Origin: Eledone cirrhosa
Taxonomy: Eukaryota
Assembly: GCA_964016885.1 (NCBI GenBank)
Contig: CAXHJY010000184.1
Location: 372,001-436,000 of the forward strand
Direction of reading: 5' to 3'
Length of the DNA: 64,000 nt
Shown here piece after piece: positions 52,590 through 64,000 of the stretch; position 1 is the stretch's first letter; every line of letters begins with the position of its first letter. The position numbers and the translations under genes are program-made. The notes below the pieces were generated by a model, which did no database searches, was not told the DNA's origin, and worked only from the letters and a program-made list of their open reading frames with translations.

Positions 52590-53404
52590 GTAAGTAAACA
52601 CTTCATTGACCATCATTTTAAGCAGAATCTGTGTAGTTTTAAATTGACCTTTTCATATGATTACACTTCAGTCTTAACTTAACCACCTGTAGATGGATGC
52701 TACACGTAATGTTAAAATTAGTTAAACACTGTTTCCCCCTTCTCATCACATGTGGATGCTACATGTGTATTGTTAACATTAATCTAACGTTGTCCTCCTC
52801 CCCCGCCTCACCATATCATACCACACCACATCACACCATGTTGTACCACACCAGACCACATAACACCATGCTATACCATATATATATATATGAGCTCCCC
52901 ACTCGTTATATTAACTGTATCTCCTCGGTGTTTCGTGAAAGTCTGAGAGATCAGCTATATATTTGTTTACAATTTTTGTTTATATTTAGATGGAAAAGAA
53001 GAAAAAGACGACGAAGCAGATGACTAAAATGAAAATGAAAATGACAACAAAGACAAAGAAGACACGGGAAACGAAGATGACGAAAAGAAGTATGATCTCA
53101 GTTCAGTCTAAACCTAATGATTTATAGATATGATCTTAGTTCAGCCTTAACCTAATGACCTGCAGATACGATCTATTTAGGTTTAACTTAAACATTCAAA
53201 GATATTTGTATATACTTTTGTTGATGTTTGACATTGTATTTTAGTTATGAAATAGCTTATAAGCTACATTATAGGATCACAGTGCATGAGCACACTGCTC
53301 TTTAAATTAACTTTATCTCCTCAGCACTTTGTAAAGTCTGAGAGATAGGCAACATATATGTTTTACATTCTTTGTTTTTGGTATTTAGATGGCAGCGGAG
53401 AAGA

Positions 53405-53625
53405 TAAAGGCACAGAAGAAGTCAAAAGCACAGAAGAAGTCAAAGGCACAGAAGCAGTCAAAGGCACAGAAGCAGTCAAAGGCACAGAAGCAGTCAAAGG
53501 CACAGAAGCAGTCAAAGGCACAGAAGCAGTCAAAAGCACAGAAGAAGTCAAAGGCACAGAAGCAGTCAAAGGCACAGAAGCAGCTAAAGGCACAGAAGAA
53601 GACAAAGGCACAGAAGAAGACAAAG
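53405..53625 (+). repeat. 18-bp tandem repeat (AAAGGCACAGAAGCAGTC; KGTEAV in one frame)
   Basis: ~12 units read directly. Confidence 0.95.
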
Positions 53626-53919
53626 AAAATGAACAAGAACAATTATTATTACTATTATTATTGTTATTATTATTTGAATTATTATAATCAAACTAAGCCA
53701 CACTACATCAACCTATACCATACCACACCACACTGACAAACATTATAACCATACCACATTATCCAACACCACACTACGAAACACTATACTTTACCACACT
53801 ATATCACACCACTCAAGTTAGAGAGGATCAACTTTTTTCCTGGAAAGTAGAAAACCTAACTTTAAGCTAAAACCGAACTTTAAAAATAACACTTGCACTC
53901 ACACATGCTCTAACAGTGA

Positions 53920-56900
53920 ACTTAGCGCTAACATGAAAACTAACACAAAGACTAACCTGAACACTAACACTAAAACTGACACGAACACTAACCTGAACAC
54001 CAGCACTAAAACTAACACTACCGTAAACACTAACCTGAACACTTACACTAAAACTAACATTAGCACGAACACTAGCACTAAAACTAACACTACCATAAAC
54101 ACTAACACTGACCTGAGCACTAACACTAAAAGTAACACTAACACAAACACTAATCTGAAAACTGATACTAACCAGAAAACTAAGCTAACATTAACTTCAA
54201 CACTAACACAAATATTAACACAAAAACAAACAGTAACGCAATCTCTAACACTAACCTCAACACTAAAACTAACATTAACTTGAACACTAACATAAACACT
54301 AATGCTAACATTAACGCTAACCTTAACACAAAAACAAAGACTAACGCTAACACAATCACTAACACTAATGGAAACATCAAACACTAATGCTAACAGAGAT
54401 ACTAACACAAATATTAACACAAAAACAAATACTAACACTAAACTTAACACTAAAACTAACATTAACCTTAACACTAAAACTAACATTAACTTGAACACTA
54501 ACACTAACCTGAACACTTACACTGAAACTAACACTACCACAAATACTAACACTGACCTGAGCACTAACACTAAAAGTAACACTAACACAAACACTAATCT
54601 GAAAACTGATACTAACCAGAAAACTAAGCTAACATTAACTTCAACACTAAAATAAACACTAACGCTAACAGAGATACCAACACAAATATTAACACAAAAA
54701 CAAACACTAACGCAATCTCTAACACTAACATTAACTTGAACACTAACATAAACACTAATGCTAACACTAACAGAAATACTAATGCTAACATTAACCTTAA
54801 CACAAAAACAAAGACTAACGCTAACACAATCTCTAACACTAATGGAAACATCAAACACTAATGCTAACAGAGATACTAACACAAAAACAAATACTAACAC
54901 TAACACAATCTCTAACACTAACTTGAACACTAACACTAACCTGAAAACTAACACAAACACTCATGCTAACACTAACAGAAATACTAATGCTAACATTAAC
55001 ACAAAAACAAAGACTAACGCTAACACAATCACTAACACTAATGGAAACATCAATCACTAATGCTAACAGAGATACTAACACAAATATTAACACAAAAACA
55101 AACACTAACCTTAACACTAAAACTAACATTAACACTTAAACTAACACTACCATAAACAGTAACACTAACACTGATCTGAGCACTAACAGTAACACTAACA
55201 CTACCATAAAAACTAACACTAACACTAACCAGAAAACTAAGCTAACATTAACCTCAACACTAAAACTAACACTACCGTAAACACTAACACTAACCTGAGC
55301 ACTGACATTAACACGAACATTAACCTGAACACTAAAACTAACACTACCATAAACCACTAACCTGAGCACTAACATTAAAAGTAACACGAGCCCTAACCTG
55401 AAAACTAAGTCAACATTAACCTGAACACTAACACTAACAAAAATGCTAACACTAATACAAAATCAAACACTAACGCCAACGCCAACGCTGACACTGACGA
55501 AGATGGCTATGCTGGCACAAACGCTAGTGCAAATGTTGACACAATCGCTTACGCTGACAAACACTAACGTGAATACTGATGCAGGTGCAAAGGCGAATGC
55601 GGACAAAGACTCTGACGCACACGTTGATGTAAATGCTACCCAGACTCTAACGCTGACACTGATATAAAAAAACAAATGCAGACACTAATGCAAACAGACG
55701 CAAAAGTTGATCCAGATGTTAAAGCAAACGCAAACGATGACAGCGATGCTAATGTGAACCTTAATGCAGGCGTAAACATTGACGTAGAAGCTAAAGGAAA
55801 CACTAATGAAAATGCTGACGCAGACGCTGACACAGACACAGACACACGTTAACACAGATGCTAACGTAAACACTGACGCAGATGCTAATATAAACGCTGA
55901 CACAGATGCTAACATAAACGCTGACGCTGATGTAGATGTGAATACAGACACTGACACAGACGTAGAAGCTAACACACACGCTGACACAGACACTAATGTA
56001 AGCGCTGACATAGAAGCTAATGTAGATGCTGACATAGAAGCTAACGTAAATGATGATGTAGATGTTAACGTAGACGCTGACGTAGAAGCTAACGTAGATG
56101 CTGATGTAGAAGCAAACGTAAACGCTGACGTAGAAGCTAACAAAACGCTGACGTAGTTGTTACGTAGAAGCAGGCGTAGAAGTTAGCGTTTACCCTTACC
56201 GCCGAAGCTGATCTCCAAAACGCAATTGCTGATGCGGATTGCTGAAGCCAAAGCCAAGCTAACGCTGACGCAAATGTTGAGGCAGTATTGCCAGGCGCTG
56301 ACGTGTATGCTGACGCTAACGCAAATGCTGATGCGGACGCTAGGGCTAAGGCTAACGCTAACGCTGACGCAAATGCTGAAGTTAACGCTTACATGGGATA
56401 TGCAGACGCTGCAATGATGCGGACGCCACAGGAAAGGTTAATGGAAACGCTAATGCTAACGGAAAACGCTGACGTACACGTTACGGAAACGCTGACGTAG
56501 AAGCTCACGTAAACGCTGGCACAGACTCTAACGTAAACGCTGACACAGACGCTAACGTAAACACTGATGTTAACTGAAACGCTGACGCTGATGTAGATGT
56601 AAATACTGATGCTGACACAGACGAAAACGCTGACGTAGAAGCTAATATACACACTGACACAGACGCTAACGGAAATGCTGACAAAGACTAATGTGAATGC
56701 TGATGCAGATGCTGACACAAATGCTAACCCCTACACAAATGCAAACGCTGATGCTAACACTGACTCAAACACTAATGCAAATGCTGACGTGCACACTGAT
56801 GCTGACGCGGACGCTAATGATAATGCTGACTCAGAAGCTGACGTAGACGCAGGCACTGAAACAAACACTAATGCTAACACTAATGTTGACTTAGACACTA

Positions 56901-57130
56901 AGGGAAATGCTGACACAATCACTATCACCAGTGCAGACGCTGACGCAAATGCTGACACTTACGCAAACACTAACACCAGTTTACATAGACACTAACACAA
57001 AAGCTTACATAGACGCTTATGCAAATGCTAACGCTGATGCAGACAGTAACGCAAACAGTGACAGTAATGCTAACAGTAACACAGTCACTAACAATAAACT
57101 TACCATTAACAGTAAAACTTACCCTAAATC
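53920..57130. repeat. Degenerate hexamer tract grading from (AACACT)n to (GACGCT)n
   Basis: Visible 6-nt periodicity and internal duplications (e.g. 54100-54200 vs 54530-54650). Short, frame-switching ORFs. Confidence 0.9.
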
Positions 57131-57559
57131 TAACATGAACCCAGAGAAAAAGTCATTTGCAATCACATTTAAGCTCACTCTTTAAGATATAGAAGATAGG
57201 CATTACATTTTAATGATTTTAATTTAAAGAGAAACACGCTATATGATGCAATGCAACACAATAACACACCACACTACACTAACCTACACTACACCAAACC
57301 AGATTATACCATACCTTGGTAAATTTATGATAGGCTTCTATGTTATAACTACACCAAACCAAACCTCACCATAACAAACTACACCATACTACATCACACC
57401 ATGCTATTAATCTCAGTGAGAACATTTTTCTTCCTGTTTTTTTTTTTTTTTCTGTGTGTGTGTGCTTACCACCCAATCTGATATCAAAGGTGCTCACAAA
57501 TGATTATTTTTTTACACATTATCAATGTATATAACATGGAAACGTATCATTTGCAATAG

Positions 57560-60500
57560 GTTCCCATGTCATAACTACAACAATCCAAACCACACCATAA
57601 CCAACTACACCATTCTACAGCACACCATGCTTTTGATCTCAGTGTGAAAAATTTTCTTCCTGTTTCTTTTTTTTTTTTTTTTGTGTGCTCTTACCACCCA
57701 ATCTGACATCAAAGGTGCTGCAATTGACTATTTTTTGCACATATTATCAATAATTATGACATGGAAACCTGATGAAAATGACTAGCTTTGTAGAAAAAAG
57801 AGGGAGGATGTGGGTGGAAATACCATTTACAAAGCTAGTCATTTTTTATTGCAGCGGAAGTCATATTTTTTGATAATATGCTAAAAGCATAGTTCACTGC
57901 GAGCTTCTTGGAAGTTGATAACACGTGCAAAAATGAATGAAAAATTTTTTTTCTAACATAAATCAAAGTGGAAATTTAAATCCTCACTTGTAACAAAGCA
58001 CACCACAGCACATTAATCTACCTCAATCCACACCATAACCATACTTCACTATATGGTAATTTATTACAGAACACATACTCCTACCATTTACATCACATGG
58101 ACGTTAATGTGACAAATTTGCTACTTGCATTTCTTTTTTTTTTTTGTGGTTACCACCTCAAACTAACATCAAAGGTGCTAGCAAATGACTATTTTCCCAC
58201 ACATTATCAATGAATATGACATGGGAATCTATCGTTTACAATTGGTTTCCATTTCATAACTTCACCAAACCAAACCAAACCACACCAAGTTACACCATAC
58301 TACATCACACCAAGCTATTGATCTTGGTGTGAAAAATTTTCTTTCCATTTCCTTTTTTTTTTGTGTGTGTGCTTACCACCCAATCTGACATTAAAGGTGC
58401 TCCGAATTGACTATTTTTTTTTCCACTTATCAATAAATATGACATGGAAACCTGTCGAAAATGACTATCTTTGTAGAAACTTCACCAAATCACACCAAGA
58501 TATTGATTTTGGTGTGACAAATTTTCATCTGGCATTTTTTTTTTTTTTTTTTGCTTACCACCCAATTTGACATAAAAGGTGCTCGCAAATTACTATTTTA
58601 TGAACATATTATCAATGGTTATGACATGGAAACCTGATGAAAATGACTAGTTTTGTAGAAAAAAGAGGGAGGATGTTGGTGGAAATACCATTTAAAAAGC
58701 TAGTCATTTTTTATTGCAGTGGAAGTCATATTTTTTGTTAATATGCTAAAAGCATAGTCCACTGCGAGCTTCTTGGAAGTTGATAACGCATGCAAAAATG
58801 AATGAAAAATTTTTTTTTCTAACATAAATCAAAGTGGAAATTTAAATCCTCACTTATAACAAAGCACACCACAGCACATTAATCTACCTCAATCCACACC
58901 ATAACCATACTTCACTATATGGTAATTTATTACAGAACACATACTCCTACCATTTACATCACTTGGACATTAACGTGACAAATTTGCTACTTGCTTTTTT
59001 TTTCTTTTTGTGGTTACCACCTCAAACTAACATCAAAGGTGCTTGCAAATGACTATTTTCCCACACATTATCAATGAATATGACATGGGAATCTATCGTT
59101 TACAATTGGTTTCCATTTCATAACTTCACCAAACCAAACCACACCATACCAAGTTACACCATACTACATCGCACCAAGCTATTGATCTTGGTGTGAAAAA
59201 TTTTTTTCCTGTTTCCTTTTTTTTTTTTGTGTGTGTGCTTACCACCCAATCTGACATTAAAGGTGCTCCCAATTGACTATTTTTTTTTCCACTTATCAAT
59301 AATTATGACATGGAAACCTATAGAAACATCACCAAACCACACCATACTACATCACACCAAGATATTGATTTTGCTGTGACAAATTTTCATCTGATATTTT
59401 TTTTTTTTTTTTTTGCTTACCACCCAATTTGACATAAAAGTTGCTCGCAAATTACTATTTTATGAACATATTATCAATGGTTATGACATGGAAACCTGAT
59501 GAAAATGACTAGCTTTGTAGAAAAAAGAGGGAGGATGTGGGTGGAAATACCATTTACAAAGCTAGTCATTTTTTATTGCAGTGGAAGTCATATTTTTTGT
59601 TAATATGCTAAAAGCATAGTCCACTGCGAGCTTCTTGGAAGTTGATAACGCATGCAAAAATGAATGAAAAATTTTTTTTTCTAACATAATTCAAAGTGGA
59701 AATTTAAATCCTCACTTGTAACAAAGCACACCACAGCACATTAATCTACCTCAATCCACACCATAACCATACTTCACTATATGGTAATTTATTACAGAAC
59801 ACATATTCCTACCATTTACATCACATGGACATTAATGTGACAAATTTGCTACTTGCATTTCTTTTTTTTTTTTGTGGTTACCACCTCAAACTAACATCAA
59901 AGGTGCTTGCAAATGACTATTTTCCCACACATTATCAATGAATATGACATGGGAATCTATCGTTTACAATTGGTTTCTATTTCATAAGTTCACCAAACCA
60001 AACCACACCATACCAAGTTACACCATACTACATCACACCAAGCTATTGATCTTGGTGTGAAAAATTTTCTTTCCATTTCCTTTTTTTTTTGTGTGTGTGC
60101 TTACCACCCAATCTGACATTAAAGGTGCTCCGAATTGACTATTTTTTTTTCCACTTATCAATAAATATGACATGGAAACCTGTCGAAAATGACTATCTTT
60201 GTAGAAACTTCACCAAATCACACCAAGATATTGATTTTGGTGTGACAAATTTTCATCTGGCATTTTTTTTTTTTTTTTTGCTTACCACCCAATTTGACAT
60301 AAAAGGTGCTCGCAAATTACTATTTTATGAACATATTATCAATGGTTATGACATGGAAACCTGATGAAAATGACTAGTTTTGTAGAAAAAAGAGGGAGGA
60401 TGTTGGTGGAAATACCATTTAAAAAGCTAGTCATTTTTTATTGCAGTGGAAGTCATATTTTTTGTTAATATGCTAAAAGCATAGTCCACTGCGAGCTTCT

Positions 60501-63500
60501 TGGAAGTTGATAACGCATGCAAAAATGAATGAAAAATTTTTTTTTCTAACATAAATCAAAGTGGAAATTTAAATCCTCACTTATAACAAAGCACACCACA
60601 GCACATTAATCTACCTCAATCCACACCATAACCATACTTCACTATATGGTAATTTATTACAGAAGACATACTCCTACCATTTACATCACTTGGACATTAA
60701 CGTGACAAATTTGCTACTTGCGTTTTTTTTCTTTTTGTGGTTACCACCTCAAACTAACATCAAAGGTGCTTGCAAATGACTATTTTCCCACACATTATCA
60801 ATGAATATGACATGGGAATCTATCGTTTACAATTGGTTTCCATTTCATAACTTCACCAAACCACACCATACCAAGTTACACCATACTACATCGCACCAAG
60901 CTATTGATCTTGGTGTGAAAAATTTTTTTCCTGTTTCCTTTTTTTTTTTTGTGTGTGTGCTTACCACCCAATCTGACATTAAAGGTGCTCCCAATTGACT
61001 ATTTTTTTTTCCACTTATCAATAATTATGACATGGAAACCTGTAGAAACTTCACCAAACCACACCATACTACATCACACCAAGATATTGATTTTGCTGTG
61101 ACAAATTTTCATCTGGCATTTTTTTTTTTTTTTTTTTGCTTACCACCCAATTTGACATAAAAGTTGCTCGCAAATTACTATTTTATGAACATATTATCAA
61201 TGGTTATGACATGGAAACCTGATGAAAATGACTAGCTTTGTAGAAAAAAGAGGGAGGATGTGGGTGGAAATACCATTTACAAAGCTAGTCATTTTTTATT
61301 GCAGTGGAAGTCATATTCTTTGTTAATATGCTAAAAGCATAGTCCACTGCGAGCTTCTTGGAAGTTGATAACGCATGCAAAAATGAATGAAAAATTTTTT
61401 TTTCTAACATAAATCAAAGTGGAAATTTAAATCCTCACTTGTAACAAAGCACACCACAGCACATTAATCTACCTCAATCCACACCATAACCATACTTCAC
61501 TATATGGTAATTTATTACAGAACACATACTCCTACCATTTACATCACATGGACATTAATGTGACAAATTTGCTACTTGCATTTCTTTTTTTTTTTTGTGG
61601 TTACCACCTCAAACTAACATCAAAGGTGCTTGCAAATGACTATTTTCCCACACATTATCAATGAATATGACATGGGAATCTATCGTTTACAATTGGTTTC
61701 TATTTCATAACTTCACCAAACCAAACCACACCATACCAAGTTACACCATACTACATCACACCAAGCTATTGATCTTGGTGTGAAAAATTTTCTTTCCATT
61801 TCCTTTTTTTTTTTGTGTGTGTGCTTACCACCCAATCTGACATTAAAGGTGCTCCGAATTGACTATTTTTTTTTCCACTTATCAATAAATATGACATGGA
61901 AACCTGTCGAAAATGACTATCTTTGTAGAAACTTCACCAAATCACACCAAGATATTGATTTTGGTGTGACAAATTTTCATCTGGCATTTTTTTTTTTTTT
62001 TTTGCTTACCACCCAATTTGACATAAAAGGTGCTCGCAAATTACTATTTTATGAACATATTATCAATGGTTATGACATGGAAACCTGATGAAAATGACTA
62101 GTTTTGTAGAAAAAAGAGGGAGGATGTTGGTGGAAATACCATTTAAAAAGCTAGTCATTTTTTATTGCAGTGGAAGTCATATTTTTTGTTAATATGCTAA
62201 AAGCATAGTCCACTGCGAGCTTCTTGGAAGTTGATAACGCATGCAAAAATGAATGAAAAATTTTTTTTTCTAACATAAATCAAAGTGGAAATTTAAATCC
62301 TCACTTATAACAAAGCACACCACAGCACATTAATCTACCTCAATCCACACCATAACCATACTTCACTATATGGTAATTTATTACAGAAGACATACTCCTA
62401 CCATTTACATCACTTGGACATTAACGTGACAAATTTGCTACTTGCGTTTTTTTTCTTTTTGTGGTTACCACCTCAAACTAACATCAAAGGTGCTTGCAAA
62501 TGACTATTTTCCCACACATTATCAATGAATATGACATGGGAATCTATCGTTTACAATTGGTTTCCATTTCATAAGTTCACCAAACCAAACCACACCATAC
62601 CAAGTTACACCATACTACATCGCACCAAGCTATTGATCTTGGTGTGAAAAATTTTTTTCCTGTTTCCTTTTTTTTTTTTGTGTGTGTGCTTACCACCCAA
62701 TCTGACATTAAAGGTGCTCCCAATTGACTATTTTTTTTTCCACTTATCAATAATTATGACATGGAAACCTGTAGAAACTTCACCAAACCACACCATACTA
62801 CATCACACCAAGATATTGATTTTGCTGTGACAAATTTTCATCTGGCATTTTTTTTTTTTTTTTTTTGCTTACCACCCAATTTGACATAAAAGTTGCTCGC
62901 AAATTACTATTTTATGAACATATTATCAATGGTTATGACATGGAAACCTGATGAAAATGACTAGCTTTGTAGAAAAAAGAGGGAGGATGTGGGTGGAAAT
63001 ACCATTTACAAAGCTAGTCATTTTTTATTGCAGTGGAAGTCATATTTTTTGTTAATATGCTAAAAGCATAGTCCACTGCGAGCTTCTTGGAAGTTGATAA
63101 CGCATGCAAAAATGAATGAAAAATTTTTTTTTCTAACATAAATCAAAGTGGAAATTTAAATCCTCACTTGTAACAAAGCACACCACAGCACATTAATCTA
63201 CCTCAATCCACACCATAACCATACTTCACTATATGGTAATTTATTACAGAACACATACTCCTACCATTTACATCACATGGACATTAATGTGACAAATTTG
63301 CTACTTGCATTTCTTTTTTTTTTTTGTGGTTACCACCTCAAACTAACATCAAAGGTGCTTGCAAATGACTATTTTCCCACACATTATCAATGAATATGAC
63401 ATGGGAATCTATCGTTTACAATTGGTTTCTATTTCATAACTTCACCAAACCAAACCACACCATACCAAGTTACACCATACTACATCACACCAAGCTATTG

Positions 63501-64000
63501 ATCTTGGTGTGAAAAATTTTCTTTCCATTTCCTTTTTTTTTTTGTGTGTGTGCTTACCACCCAATCTGACATTAAAGGTGCTCCGAATTGACTATTTTTT
63601 TTTCCACTTATCAATAAATATGACATGGAAACCTGTCGAAAATGACTGTCTTTGTAGAAACTTCACCAAATCACACCAAGATATTGATTTTGGTGTGACA
63701 AATTTTCATCTGGCATTTTTTTTTTTTTTTTTGCTTACCACCCAATTTGACATAAAAGGTGCTCGCAAATTACTATTTTATGAACATATTATCAATGGTT
63801 ATGACATGGAAACCTGATGAAAATGACTAGTTTTGTAGAAAAAAGAGGGAGGATGTTGGTGGAAATACCATTTAAAAAGCTAGTCATTTTTTATTGCAGT
63901 GGAAGTCATATTTTTTGTTAATATGCTAAAAGCATAGTCCACTGCGAGCTTCTTGGAAGTTGATAACGCATGCAAAAATGAATGAAAAATTTTTTTTTCT
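57560..64000. repeat. ~864-bp tandem macro-repeat (A/B dimer, ~1.73 kb), 8 hairpin cores, continuing beyond window
   Basis: CCTGATGAAAATGACTAG recurs at ~57768, 58633, 59495, 60360, 61218, 62084, 62947 and 63813. Diagnostic bases alternate strictly. Degenerate subunits from ~57240. Confidence 0.97.

Noticed and set aside
57761-57860. Hammerhead or C/D-box snoRNA in the 864-bp array (CTGATGA followed by a stem)
   Set aside because: No GAAA core follows the stem, and CTGATGA itself pairs within the hairpin. No suitably placed D box or terminal stem was seen.
58361-63817. Repeated 69-102 aa ORFs in the array
   Set aside because: Length and frame vary with poly-T tract length, starts are non-ATG, and no homology is recognisable.

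Overview
AT-rich eukaryotic genomic DNA with spliceosomal introns. The SINE families resemble those I associate with Octopus/cephalopods (inference, not verified). One real gene is supported: the 5' part of an XPR1/SYG1-type SPX-EXS phosphate exporter on the minus strand. Four coding exons (38030-37962, 37213-37162, 35379-35278, 34436-34156) encode the SPX domain and splice in frame with GT-AG borders. The intron after coding exon 4 contains a >32.8 kb 27-bp satellite with multi-kb higher-order duplications, and all the long ORFs in 1-32.8 kb are artefacts of it. Upstream of the gene (43.7-64 kb) is a dense cluster of inverted-repeat structures: a 207-bp palindrome; a ~1.07-kb foldback palindrome interrupted by a 1384-bp hAT element (8-bp TSD, empty site preserved in the other arm); a 5'-truncated Penelope-like element with GIY-YIG endonuclease, inverted pLTRs and a minimal hammerhead ribozyme motif in each arm; a nested-IR element; an eroded hexamer tract; and a homogenised ~864-bp (A/B dimer) tandem array in which every unit contains a long rod-like hairpin. 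No CRISPR array, rRNA or tRNA gene is supported.
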